From the sequence record DRR378314_1160: a stretch of DNA of 32,177 bases; one strand, 5' to 3'. The notes beneath the pieces were generated by a model. It did no database searches and was not told where the DNA came from. It saw only the letters and a program-made list of their open reading frames with translations. Both the position numbers and the translations under genes were made by a program. Shown one piece after another: positions 18,556 to 27,990 of the stretch. Positions within the stretch are counted from its first letter, which is position 1. Each line of letters starts with the position of its first letter.

Positions 18556-19728
18556 TCAGTCACCCTCGCTGCATTTGTAAGTGGACCTAGACAACCATTC
18601 GGGACAGATCTCGACACCCCAGCCCGGCAAGGCGCTGACACGGACCTGACCCTCGGAAATCGTGAAGGGGTCGTTGCGAAACAGGCCGCGCTGCCACGGG
18701 TAGTAGTCGTCGCCTTCGATCGAAAATTCGAGGTAGCGCCCGGGGTTCGGCACGGCCCGCATCAGATGCATGGTGAACAGCGTCACCAGTGACAGATTCG
18801 CTGCATGGGGCGTGCAGGGCAGCCCTGCCGCGTGCCCCATACGCGCCACATCCATACTGCGCACCATGCCGCCCAGATACAGAATGTCTGGTTGGATTAT
18901 ATCGACCACCCGATTCTCGATCATCCGTTTCCAGTGCTGCATGTCGCAGTCCTGCTCACCGCCCGCGACGTCGATCTTCAACGTGCGGGTAACCTCGGCG
19001 GTCTGTTCCTGCTCCCAATAGGGACAGGGCTCCTCAAAGTGTTCATAGCCGCTGGCCTCCAACATCCGGCCCACTTCAATCGCACGGGAGGGGCTGAAGC
19101 CTGAGTTTCCATCCACCAACACCGCGGCATCCGGCCCCATGGCCTTTCGGAGGGCCGGAATGATGGCCTCGGTCCGTCCCTCCCATTCATCGCGATCCTG
19201 GCCACATTCGGCGCCAACGCGCACTTTGAAAGCATCGAACCCGTGCTGGTCCCGCAGTCGTTGCATCCGGTCCGCTTCGTCTTCAGGCGTGATGTCGCGA
19301 CGCATCGACGAGGCATAGGCGCGCACCGGACCGGCAGAGCCGCCGAGCAATTCCGCCACAGGCTTGCCCGCCACTTTGCCGCGCCAATCCCAGACTGCTG
19401 TATCCAGCCCAGCCATGGCACGGCGTAGATAGGTGCCGGGAAATTTGTGCTCGCGCATCGGGATCTCGGCGATGACCTCTTCCAGTGCATCCATTCCGCG
19501 ACCCAGCGCCCAAGGGGCCACCTGACGATGCAGAATCTCGCAGGTCAGGTCACTGTTGTAGGTGGAGACCTGCCCCCAGCCCGTCGTTCCATCCTCTGCC
19601 GTCACCCGGACAAAACCGATCAACGGGGTGCAGAATGTTTCCACCTTGGCGATGCGAGGGCCGGTGTCATGTCTGCCACGCGCAGTTGTAACCGGGACAG
19701 CACCGGATGTGGAATATGGCGTACTCAT
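18556..19728 (-). CDS. Mandelate racemase/muconate lactonizing enzyme (enolase superfamily) protein
   Basis: GWG, AGLDTAVWD, AFKVRVG, metal ligands in VDGN, FEEP and GGEQ, QPD, and PH. Confidence 0.9.
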   Translation of the reverse strand: MSTPYSTSGAVPVTTARGRHDTGPRIAKVETFCTPLIGFVRVTAEDGTTGWGQVSTYNSDLTCEILHRQVAPWALGRGMDALEEVIAEIPMREHKFPGTYLRRAMAGLDTAVWDWRGKVAGKPVAELLGGSAGPVRAYASSMRRDITPEDEADRMQRLRDQHGFDAFKVRVGAECGQDRDEWEGRTEAIIPALRKAMGPDAAVLVDGNSGFSPSRAIEVGRMLEASGYEHFEEPCPYWEQEQTAEVTRTLKIDVAGGEQDCDMQHWKRMIENRVVDIIQPDILYLGGMVRSMDVARMGHAAGLPCTPHAANLSLVTLFTMHLMRAVPNPGRYLEFSIEGDDYYPWQRGLFRNDPFTISEGQVRVSALPGWGVEICPEWLSRSTYKCSEGD

Positions 19729-21335
19729 GCGTCCTCCAGGATCAGATCAGCGGCGCGATGGGCCAGCATCATGGTGGGGGCATTGGTATTGCCCGAAGTC
19801 AGGTTCGGAAACACCGAGGCATCGACCACCCGCAGCCCCGCCACTCCATGCACCTTCAGGCGTGGCGAAACAACGGAGTGTCTCGCGTCCGGTCCCATTC
19901 GACAGGTGCCGGTCGGGTGAAAGACGGTTCCGCACCGCTCGCGAAAATCGGCGAGGATCTGTTCCGGCGTCAAACACCGCAGATCAGGCGCCATCGGCCC
20001 CTCTATCAGGCGCGTCAGGGCGGAGGTCTGCGCCAGTCGCTGACACAGCAGTCCCCCTGCAATGACCTGCGCCTGATCCTCCTCGGTCGCCAAAGAGTTC
20101 GGACAGATACGCGGCGGCGCGGACGGATCTGCGGCGCTGATGTCGATACGCCCGCGGCTGGTGGGACGCGCCGGCTGAAAGCCGAGGATGAACCCCGGAA
20201 AGGGATCCGGTTGCACCACGGTCCGCTTGCCGTTTGGCGTGGTGGTATAGGTGACGGGGTTGAAATAGAGCTGCTGATCCGGTGCGCTCATATTGGGTGA
20301 GGATCGGAAATAGCCGCCGCATTGGTTCACAGATAGCGACAGCGGGCCGCGCCGGGTCAGCACATATTGCAGCGCGACGCGTAGCTTGCCATGCAATGGA
20401 CGCAACAGAGTGTTCAACGTCGGCTCGGTCGCACGAAAGTAGTAATTGATGCCCAAGTGGTCCTGAAGATTGCCACCGACATGGGGCGCATCCAGCAGCG
20501 GTGTGATGCCATGCGCCTGCAGGTCCTGCGCAGGCCCCACCCCGGAGCGCTGCAACACGCAAGGCGAACTGACTGCACCGGCTGCAAGAATGATTTCCCG
20601 CCCGGCGCGCAGGCTGAGGTTTCGCCCCCTGTGCTGCAGCTGCACCGATACAGCCCGCTTGCCATCGAACTCGATCCGCTTGACCAAGGCCCCGGTCATG
20701 AGCGTCACATTCGGTCGTTTCAATGCTGGCGCGAGATAGGCACGGGCAGAATGCATTCTGCGGCCACCGCTGGTGTTGATGTGGTAGGCTGCGGCCCCCT
20801 CACATGCCTCGCCATTGATATCGGAACTGCGCGGCAGCCCTAGCTCCTGAGCCGCGTCAAAGAAATGACGGGTGGCCGGGTGAATTTGGTCGGACACATC
20901 CTGCACGGTCATTGGCCCATCCCCGGTTCGGGCGCCGGATGGGCCGATGCGGGTTTCCATCTGATCATAGCTTTCACGGACGGCATTCCAGTTCCAGCCT
21001 GTGGCGCCCGCAGCCTCCCAATCATCAAAGTCGCGCGGCAATCCACGGGCATAGACCAAGGCGTTGATCGCGCCGGAGCCGCCGACGCCCTTGCCGCGTG
21101 GCCAGTAGCTTCTGCGCCCGCCCAGCGCAGCTTCGGACTCGCTCTCGTATTTCCAGTTCACCGACGGATCAAAAAACGTCTTGCCATAGCCCAACGGCAG
21201 CGCAATCCAGGGCGAGCGCCCGCGCCCGCCAGCTTCGAGTATCAATATCTTGTGCCGTCCCGATGCGCTCAACCGTTCCGCAAGCACGCAGCCCGCCGAT
21301 CCCGCGCCGATGATGATGTAGTCAAATGTCGCCAA
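19725..21335 (-). CDS. GMC family FAD oxidoreductase (choline dehydrogenase-like)
   Basis: FDYIIIGAGSAGC, PRGKGVGGSGAIN, GGNLQDH, HPTGTCRMG, VVDASVFP, GNTNAP. Start probably the TTG at 21335 (ORF open to 21398). Confidence 0.9.
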   Translation of the reverse strand: MATFDYIIIGAGSAGCVLAERLSASGRHKILILEAGGRGRSPWIALPLGYGKTFFDPSVNWKYESESEAALGGRRSYWPRGKGVGGSGAINALVYARGLPRDFDDWEAAGATGWNWNAVRESYDQMETRIGPSGARTGDGPMTVQDVSDQIHPATRHFFDAAQELGLPRSSDINGEACEGAAAYHINTSGGRRMHSARAYLAPALKRPNVTLMTGALVKRIEFDGKRAVSVQLQHRGRNLSLRAGREIILAAGAVSSPCVLQRSGVGPAQDLQAHGITPLLDAPHVGGNLQDHLGINYYFRATEPTLNTLLRPLHGKLRVALQYVLTRRGPLSLSVNQCGGYFRSSPNMSAPDQQLYFNPVTYTTTPNGKRTVVQPDPFPGFILGFQPARPTSRGRIDISAADPSAPPRICPNSLATEEDQAQVIAGGLLCQRLAQTSALTRLIEGPMAPDLRCLTPEQILADFRERCGTVFHPTGTCRMGPDARHSVVSPRLKVHGVAGLRVVDASVFPNLTSGNTNAPTMMLAHRAADLILEDA

Positions 21336-21456
21336 CGTCCGAGCCACCCGTTCACTGTCCTGTCGCAAAGTCGTTACAAAGCGGGCATGCAAATCCAAAA
21401 CGAAAAATAATTCGTCACACCCTTAAAAATTTTCGCAGCATATCTATGATCCGCGC

Positions 21457-22395
21457 ATGTATAATGATCTGCCTCCCCTCCCCTGGCTGCGCGCGTTTGA
21501 TGCGAGTGCTCGGCTCGGAAATTTCACACTCGCTGCCAAAGAGCTTGGACTGACGCCCTCGGCCGTCAGCTATCAGGTGCGGGGGCTGGAGGCGCAACTT
21601 GGGCATCAACTGTTCCACCGTGAGCACCGTGTGCTGACCCTCACCCGGCTTGGCCAAGCCTATTTGCCGATCGTCACCAGAGCCTTTGCGGATCTGGATG
21701 CAACGACCTCCAACCTGTTCGGCAAAACCGCTGAAGGCGAGGTGTGTCTGCGCTGCCTGAGTTCGCTCAACCTGTTGTGGCTGGTGCCCCGCCTCGACGC
21801 CTATCGACGTCGCCATCCGGACAGCCGGTTGCGCGTTCTCTCAGCGTCCTGGTCCGAAATGGCCGCAGGTGAGGAAATTGATATCGACATACGATTTGGG
21901 GACGGCACCTGGGCGGACGGCGAGGTCCTGCCGCTCATGCATGATGCCATCATCGCGGTTTGCGCCCCTGAACGGCTGACGGATGGCACCTTACAGGGGC
22001 TGGCGGAAGGTCCCTTGATCGAGTTGGCAGGAGTGGTCGATACGTGGCAGCATTTTTTCACCTCACATGAGGTGACAACTCCGATCACCGCCCCATCGCT
22101 CAAGGTGGATCAGTCGCTGATGGCGCTGGAGCTGGCCAGCAGGCAACTCGGGACCGCTCTGGTCGCGGAAACTCTCGCGCAACCCTATCTGGACAGTGGA
22201 AAACTGGTGCGTGCGACGGATTTGTCCCTGCCCGCCCGGCAGGGGCATTACCTGGTGCTGCCCACGGCGCGCAACAGCCGGCGACCGGAGGTCGAGACGA
22301 TGGTCCTGTGGTTATTGGCAGAATCCGCGGCCAGTCCACAGGCGCCGACCACGCACGCGACAGAAGGCCCGCCTGTGACAGGCGGGCCTTGGTAA
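21457..22395 (+). CDS. LysR family regulator (GcvA-like)
   Basis: LPPLPWLRAFDASARLGNFTLAAKELGLTPSAVSYQVR, WLVPRL, IRFGDGTW. Divergent from the GMC gene. Confidence 0.92.
   Translation: MYNDLPPLPWLRAFDASARLGNFTLAAKELGLTPSAVSYQVRGLEAQLGHQLFHREHRVLTLTRLGQAYLPIVTRAFADLDATTSNLFGKTAEGEVCLRCLSSLNLLWLVPRLDAYRRRHPDSRLRVLSASWSEMAAGEEIDIDIRFGDGTWADGEVLPLMHDAIIAVCAPERLTDGTLQGLAEGPLIELAGVVDTWQHFFTSHEVTTPITAPSLKVDQSLMALELASRQLGTALVAETLAQPYLDSGKLVRATDLSLPARQGHYLVLPTARNSRRPEVETMVLWLLAESAASPQAPTTHATEGPPVTGGPW
22364..22390. terminator. Perfect 13-bp inverted repeat, likely terminator between convergent genes
   Basis: AAGGCCCGCCTGT-G-ACAGGCGGGCCTT, lying inside the last codons of the LysR ORF. Confidence 0.6.
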
Positions 22396-22446
22396 ACTTC
22401 AGATGACAGAACTGACATCAGTACGCTTTAACAGCTGTGTCTCGCA

Positions 22447-23367
22447 TCAGCTTTCGTAGGCTTCCATCGACTTCAGCTTGTCCTCGGTCATCGGCAGGTA
22501 AACGCGAACGTCGTTGCCGTCGGTTTCATGCAGAATATCAAGCTTGTTCAGATCAAGTTTCACCGGCTTTTCACCAATCCCAAGGAAACCACCAACGTCC
22601 ACGATTGCGTGGGTCAGCTCGCCCTTGTCGTTCAGAACCAGTTCAGACACTTCGCCGATCCACTCATCCTTGGTGTCATAGGTGCGCGCACCAGTCAGCA
22701 TTTCTGTCGTCAGATCGTTGCTGTCCAGCTGGGCATAGCCTTCGCGCATCATCGGTTCGCGTCCCATGTCACCGTCGGTGGCCTCATCAGCCATCTGCTG
22801 CACGTCCTCGGACGTATTCTCCGCCGCGTCGCCAAGTTCAGCAGCCACGGTCTCCGCAGAGGCCTTTACGTCAGCAGCCGTATCCTTGGCCGCCGCTGCG
22901 GTGTTCTCCGCCGCCTGCTCAACGCTGTTGGTCAGGTCATTGGCAGCAGTGTGCTCATAGGCTGGTGCATCCTCAAACTCCGATACATTCGCCTGCATCA
23001 CCAGGAAATAATCTGCGTCATCTTGCTCAGTGGCGCTGTCAGAGACCAGCTTCAGGGCGTTCATGTCGACAGCAATTTGACGCTCGCCGATACCCAGGAA
23101 ACCACCAATATCGACCAGCACCGACTGGATCTTGCCATCGCGGGTCAGCACGATGTCATGCACCTCACCGATATTTTCCCAGCCGTCCTGAACACCATTC
23201 GAGCTGGTGTTCTCAACACCAGTTTCGGTGCTGTAGATGTTTTGCCCGATGAAGTCGGACGCTTGAATCGCCATCGGATCTGCTTCGGTCATGAACTTGT
23301 GTTCATCGGCAAATGCCATGGTGGAAGTGGCGGTAAGAAGTGCGGTAGAAATCAGAAGATTTTTCAT
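22447..23367 (-). CDS. Secreted acidic protein with two PRC-barrel domains
   Basis: Signal peptide. Two IGEV....L...G.....VD.GGFLGIGE repeats separated by an Ala/Asp/Glu-rich linker. Confidence 0.88.
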   Translation of the reverse strand: MKNLLISTALLTATSTMAFADEHKFMTEADPMAIQASDFIGQNIYSTETGVENTSSNGVQDGWENIGEVHDIVLTRDGKIQSVLVDIGGFLGIGERQIAVDMNALKLVSDSATEQDDADYFLVMQANVSEFEDAPAYEHTAANDLTNSVEQAAENTAAAAKDTAADVKASAETVAAELGDAAENTSEDVQQMADEATDGDMGREPMMREGYAQLDSNDLTTEMLTGARTYDTKDEWIGEVSELVLNDKGELTHAIVDVGGFLGIGEKPVKLDLNKLDILHETDGNDVRVYLPMTEDKLKSMEAYES

Positions 23368-23417
23368 CAGTACTATCCTTGTTCAGTTGAAGCTCGTATC
23401 GTCGCTCTCGGCCAAAC

Positions 23418-23442
23418 AACGGATACACCGGGGGAAAGTTCC
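23418..23442 (-). promoter_or_regulatory. Sigma-EcfG (RpoE2/SigT-type general stress) promoter for the PRC-barrel gene
   Basis: Minus strand reads GGAAC-TTTCCCCCGGTGTATC(16 nt)-CGTT, about 50 nt upstream of the ATG. Confidence 0.75.
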
Positions 23443-23631
23443 TATATTTTTTCGAACCTTGCGAATTTTCACGAGGGTTGCCCGCCGCTGCACGCAACCA
23501 CAGACCTTTTCAATGTACGACGGAATTTTGGCGGAAGAGGGTGTGTTGCCATCCCCGAAAATTCTCTATCGAAGAGCGTCATGAGGACAGGTTGGCCAGG
23601 CAAGACCGGTGCCCCTGCGTCAGCTTTATTG

Positions 23632-23656
23632 GGAACCACATTCAAAGCCGGGCGTT
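23632..23656 (+). promoter_or_regulatory. Sigma-EcfG (general stress) promoter for the AI-2E gene
   Basis: GGAAC-CACATTCAAAGCCGGG(16 nt)-CGTT, 30 nt upstream of the ATG at 23687. Confidence 0.75.
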
Positions 23657-23686
23657 GTACATGTATCAGCAAAAAGGCAGACCCAC

Positions 23687-24892
23687 ATGACCGTTTCTCC
23701 GGTGTCGCAGGACGTGGCCTCAGATCGTGTAATTGATACACCCCGAACTGCTGCGGCGATGTCAGGTCAGGGCTCGCCCGATCGAGACCGCCGGACGATC
23801 CGGCAAAATGTCGTCGTCATCCGGAACTTCCTCGGCGTGATAGTGGCAATCGTGGCGGCAGCGCTTCTGTTCTTTGCGAAGGATGTTGTTCTGCCATTTG
23901 CCCTGGGCATGCTGATTGCCCTTACGCTCAGCCCGCTGACACGGGGCGTGACCCGATACGGAGTGCCGCCAATTGTTTCCGCCGTCTGCCTGATCTTGGC
24001 GATGGCGCTGACAACAGCCGGAGGTCTCTACCTGCTGAGCGGCCCGGTCTCCGAATGGATTGATCAGGCCCCACAGGTACGGCTGGAGCTCGAGAACCGG
24101 CTTCGGGACATCTCGGCCTCATTGGAAACGGTACGTGAAGCCTCTGAGCGGGTTGAGGACATCGCAGAGGCCGCCAAGGATAATGACGTTCTGAAAGTGG
24201 CGATCGACCAGCCCGGTATCGTCACGTCGACCGCGCTCGACATGGTGACGCTTGCAACCACCGCCCTGGTCGCGCTGGTCCTGGCGCTGTTCCTTCTGGC
24301 CTCCAACGATATTTTCTACGTGAAAATCGTCGAGAGCTTTCCCAATCTCACGGAAAAGACCCGTGCCCTGCGGATTGTCTACAGCATCGAGCAACGGATC
24401 TCGCGCTACTTGCTGTCGATCACTCTCATCAATGCCGGGCTGGGTGTTACGGTTGGCCTCAGCATGTGGGCCTTGGGCATGCCGCAACCTGCACTCTGGG
24501 GCGCGATCGCGTTCCTGTTCAACTTCTTGCCCTATATCGGTGCGCTGACCGGCATCGCGCTGTGCGCCGCCATGGCGCTGGTCACCTTCTCCTCGCTGCC
24601 CTACGCGCTGCTGCCACCGCTGGCCTATCTGTTGGCCAACATGATCGAGGGACAGTTCGTGACACCCGTCTTTCTCGGGCGACGGCTGAACCTGAATGCC
24701 GTCGCGGTGTTTTCTGCTGTGGTCTTCTGGGCCTGGATGTGGGGCATTGCCGGGGCGCTGATGGCGGTGCCGCTGCTGGTCTGCTTCAAATCGATGTGTG
24801 ACCACATTCCGGCGCTGTCCGTGGTGGGGAATTTCTTGAACTCGCACGTGCCACTCCAAGAGGAGCTGAACCGCAGCGATCACCCGGAGTGA
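23687..24892 (+). CDS. AI-2E family transporter
   Basis: Multiple TM segments, LFNFLPYIG, IEGQFVTP..LG..LNLN, FWAWMWGIAGALMAVP. The start could also be a downstream ATG. Confidence 0.9.
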   Translation: MTVSPVSQDVASDRVIDTPRTAAAMSGQGSPDRDRRTIRQNVVVIRNFLGVIVAIVAAALLFFAKDVVLPFALGMLIALTLSPLTRGVTRYGVPPIVSAVCLILAMALTTAGGLYLLSGPVSEWIDQAPQVRLELENRLRDISASLETVREASERVEDIAEAAKDNDVLKVAIDQPGIVTSTALDMVTLATTALVALVLALFLLASNDIFYVKIVESFPNLTEKTRALRIVYSIEQRISRYLLSITLINAGLGVTVGLSMWALGMPQPALWGAIAFLFNFLPYIGALTGIALCAAMALVTFSSLPYALLPPLAYLLANMIEGQFVTPVFLGRRLNLNAVAVFSAVVFWAWMWGIAGALMAVPLLVCFKSMCDHIPALSVVGNFLNSHVPLQEELNRSDHPE

Positions 24893-24901
24893 CCCCGCAC
24901 C

Positions 24902-25693
24902 TTAATCAAGGATCTCGGTCGCCAGTCTCGTGTCGCTCAATTCCTGATCGAGCAGCACGTAGATTTCCTCGGGTGGGGTATTCAGGGAATGCACCATCAC
25001 GCCGGGGTCCACTCCCATCTCGATCAGATACTCCATGGTGCGGCCCTGACCATGCTGGATTTCCTCTACAGCGAGAAAGGCAGGCAGGTAGCCGGGAGTA
25101 TTATAATAATGCTGATGCATCCCGACTGAGGCGGCACTCGACACGCGGCGCGCGATGCCGCCCGCCAGCAGATAAGGGCAGCTCGACAGGCAGATCGTAC
25201 CCGGCAGAACTGCTGTTTCCATCTCCATTCGCCGTATGGCACGGCCCAGCGCCAATGCCTCTTGCACCACGCCGCCGGGACTGTTCAGGGCGACGCCCGC
25301 CGGAACCTCGTCCATACTGTCGAGATAGGTTTGAAACTGCTCTGCATCCCCTTCGGAAATTTGACCGGTCACTAGAAGCAAGGACCCCAGATCCTCCGTC
25401 TCCATCACACTGAAGTTCAACCTCGAGGGCATGTTTGCCGGCGTCTCCACACCTGGCGCAGGGTCGCGCCGCACATAGCTTGGCGACACGGTGGCCGGAT
25501 CATACTCCCGCCACTGGTCCCCGGGCGAAACCGGCCCCTGCGGCAGATCCCGGCGGCTTGCCCCGCCCGTTGGCCACTGCCCCAGCAAATCGGTGGCCAG
25601 GACCGCCGCGGCAATAGCGCATTGCCCCAACAGCGCATATCGCAGACTGCGCGCAAGCGTGATATCGGCGAACCACTGACCGCGTGAAGACAT
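24902..25693 (-). CDS. Membrane-anchored ClpP/crotonase-fold hypothetical protein (putative Ser peptidase)
   Basis: N-terminal hydrophobic anchor. GQISEGDA, LNSPGG, CLSSCPYLLAGG..R and VGMHQH parallel ClpP motifs. Confidence 0.65.
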   Translation of the reverse strand: MSSRGQWFADITLARSLRYALLGQCAIAAAVLATDLLGQWPTGGASRRDLPQGPVSPGDQWREYDPATVSPSYVRRDPAPGVETPANMPSRLNFSVMETEDLGSLLLVTGQISEGDAEQFQTYLDSMDEVPAGVALNSPGGVVQEALALGRAIRRMEMETAVLPGTICLSSCPYLLAGGIARRVSSAASVGMHQHYYNTPGYLPAFLAVEEIQHGQGRTMEYLIEMGVDPGVMVHSLNTPPEEIYVLLDQELSDTRLATEILD

Positions 25694-25696
25694 GCG

Positions 25697-27007
25697 CTAC
25701 TCCGCGGCCTTGTCAGAGCTGGGCGCCAGCGGCGCTGATCGCCCCGGATCTGATCGGCGGTCGAGATCGGTGTCTGCAGCTGCCATCGTGGTCTCTACGT
25801 CGCGCATCGCATTGAGGGCTGCCTTCAGATCCGACAGTGTGAGCGTCTCCTCGACACTGATCCCATCACGCCCACTGCGAATTGCCGCCTGTGTGATCGC
25901 CAATACAAAGACAAGAATGGCCGGCAACAGATCAATGGCAATCGCCCCGGCCCACGAGGGGACGAAATTACCCGCATACCGGATCACCGCATCGGCGCTG
26001 GAGATCGGATTATAAACCGTCTCGGCGGGTGGTTCGAGCGCCAGCACCTCATCCGCCGCCCGCTTCAGGGTCTGACTGCGCTGATCCAGAGCACTCAACA
26101 CCGACGCAATCGTAGAGGACTGAGCCGCGCGCACGTCGGAGTTTCGCCCATCCAGTTCCGGCAGGACCACGGACGCAGGCAGATCCTGTGCCGCCCGTGT
26201 CACGAGCGTGGCCACCGAATACTGGTTCAAGCTCGCGATCACCCCGGCAAGCCGCACGCTTTCCTCAGCAAACAGGACCGAACGCTGATCAACCGGTCCC
26301 GGAGCCACGGTCAATTCACGCATCCGTCCAAGGATCCGGTTTCCTTCTTCAAACGCCGCCGTGATCAGGGGGGACTGCGCGGCGATCTGCTGTTCGAGGT
26401 TCGAGAGTTCCTCTGTCTTCTGGGTGAGGACACGAAACACCGCCCCCTCGCCCGCCGCACCGGAGAGATCACCCGAACGTTCCTGATCCGCCAGCGCCTC
26501 AAACGTTTGCCGGGCACGCTCAACCTCGCGGCCCAGCGCCTGCCCCGACAGTGCGATTTCATGGGCGCGTTCCAATCCGCCCTGATAGTCGCGCACGGTG
26601 TTTTCCAGATGTTGTTCCACTGCGGCCGACCCGGCCAGCGCCGCCGCGTTCAACCAGCTCGACATGGCAATGATCGCAAACGATCCGATGATCGTGGACA
26701 GGACCAAACCAACCAGCCCGGACGCTGTCCGCATCGCGGGCAGCAACCGCATCATGTAGCTCCAGAACACAAAGATCCCGACAGACACCGCGACCGAATA
26801 GGCCACCGCCGCAAAAAAGCTCATGGCGCCGGTGTCCTCCAGCAGAGAGCTGACACCAAGATAGGTATAGATGCCGGACGCCACCGCGAGCACACCCAGC
26901 GCCGCGGGCGTGAAGGACTCCAACCACTTCACATGGCCCTCAAGCTCCCGCGCAGCACGGAGCCCCTTTGTTTCTGCAGCAGTCAGATGAGGGTCAGAAC
27001 GGGCCAT
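25697..27007 (-). CDS. Hypothetical membrane protein (N-terminal TM bundle, long helical/coiled-coil region, C-terminal TM)
   Basis: 436-aa ORF with about 3 hydrophobic segments in aa ~33-125, an Ala/Glu/Gln/Arg-rich helical middle, and a TM at WAGAIAIDLLPAILVFVLAI. GGAG RBS. 3 nt from the downstream gene. Confidence 0.75.
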   Translation of the reverse strand: MARSDPHLTAAETKGLRAARELEGHVKWLESFTPAALGVLAVASGIYTYLGVSSLLEDTGAMSFFAAVAYSVAVSVGIFVFWSYMMRLLPAMRTASGLVGLVLSTIIGSFAIIAMSSWLNAAALAGSAAVEQHLENTVRDYQGGLERAHEIALSGQALGREVERARQTFEALADQERSGDLSGAAGEGAVFRVLTQKTEELSNLEQQIAAQSPLITAAFEEGNRILGRMRELTVAPGPVDQRSVLFAEESVRLAGVIASLNQYSVATLVTRAAQDLPASVVLPELDGRNSDVRAAQSSTIASVLSALDQRSQTLKRAADEVLALEPPAETVYNPISSADAVIRYAGNFVPSWAGAIAIDLLPAILVFVLAITQAAIRSGRDGISVEETLTLSDLKAALNAMRDVETTMAAADTDLDRRSDPGRSAPLAPSSDKAAE

Positions 27008-27129
27008 ACAATCTCCGAAACTAGGTTAACGCTTTTAACTATTTGTATCGAGCGCCCAAGAGTCCAGTGCCATCGCGCTCCGGTCTTGGTCCATCACTGC
27101 TCAAGGTGTGATGCTGACCTGCTCTTTTC

Positions 27130-27990
27130 CTAGGCGTCACCGCCTTTGTGTGCGACAGGCGCGACCCCGCCGATAGCCTGCGTCAACTGTTCAGCGGCCT
27201 CGATCACCGGGCGGCTCAGCTCTGCAATCTCCTGCTCGCTGATGCGGCTGGTGGGGCCGGAGACCGAAATCCCGGCAACCGCCTCGCGGTTCATGTCGAA
27301 CACCGGCGCCGCGATACAGCGCATGCCGGCGTTCTTTTCCTCGTTGTCGACCGCAAAGCCCTGCGTGCGGATCGCTGCCAGATCCTGTTTCAGCGCATCG
27401 CCGTCGGTGATGGTGTGGTCGGTAAAGACCTCCAGCCGGGTCGCCGTCAGCAAGCGATCCAACCGGCTTGCTTCCATCTGCGCCAGCAGGGCCTTGCCGA
27501 TACCGGAGGCATGCATTTGCGACAGGCTGCCGGGCGGAAAGAAGGCGCGGATGCTGGCGTGGGTTTCCACCTGGCTGACAAACAGCACATGGCCCTCTTT
27601 CTCGATGCCGAGGTTGGCGGTTTCGCCCGTCTGCTCCATCAGCCGGCGCAGGACCGGACGCGCCCGGTCCACAAGGCTGGTGCGGCGCAGGAACCGCGCG
27701 CCGATCACGAAGGCCTGCGCGCCGATGTGCCAGAGCTGTTCCTCGGTGTCGAACTCCACCAGCCCGCGCCCCTCCAGCGTCACCAAGATGCGGTAGACGG
27801 TGGCGGGCGACTGGCCCATGTCCTCGGCGATCGACGTCAGGGGCTTGCCCTGCGCCTCGCTCAGGAACTCAAAGACCTCCATCGCCCGGTCGAGTGATTT
27901 GATGGTGTTCTGCGCCGTCTTGTCGTGCCAGTCCCGGGGCCGCCCCCGGGCCCGTCGGGTGGTTTTGGGGCCAGTTTCTTGCGAATCCAT
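27130..27990 (-). CDS. bhcR: IclR family regulator of the beta-hydroxyaspartate cycle
   Basis: RRARGRPR N-terminus, IKSLDRA wHTH, GETANL, HASGIGKALLA, GMRCIAAP, ISVSGP. Divergent from bhcA. Confidence 0.9.
   Translation of the reverse strand: MDSQETGPKTTRRARGRPRDWHDKTAQNTIKSLDRAMEVFEFLSEAQGKPLTSIAEDMGQSPATVYRILVTLEGRGLVEFDTEEQLWHIGAQAFVIGARFLRRTSLVDRARPVLRRLMEQTGETANLGIEKEGHVLFVSQVETHASIRAFFPPGSLSQMHASGIGKALLAQMEASRLDRLLTATRLEVFTDHTITDGDALKQDLAAIRTQGFAVDNEEKNAGMRCIAAPVFDMNREAVAGISVSGPTSRISEQEIAELSRPVIEAAEQLTQAIGGVAPVAHKGGDA

Noticed and set aside
22528-23736. 402-aa plus-strand ORF
   Set aside because: Antisense to the PRC-barrel gene and runs across the divergent promoter region.
27026-27039. 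TTAA-N5-TTAAC upstream of the membrane coiled-coil gene as a CtrA box
   Set aside because: The spacer is 5 nt rather than 7, so at most these are half-sites.
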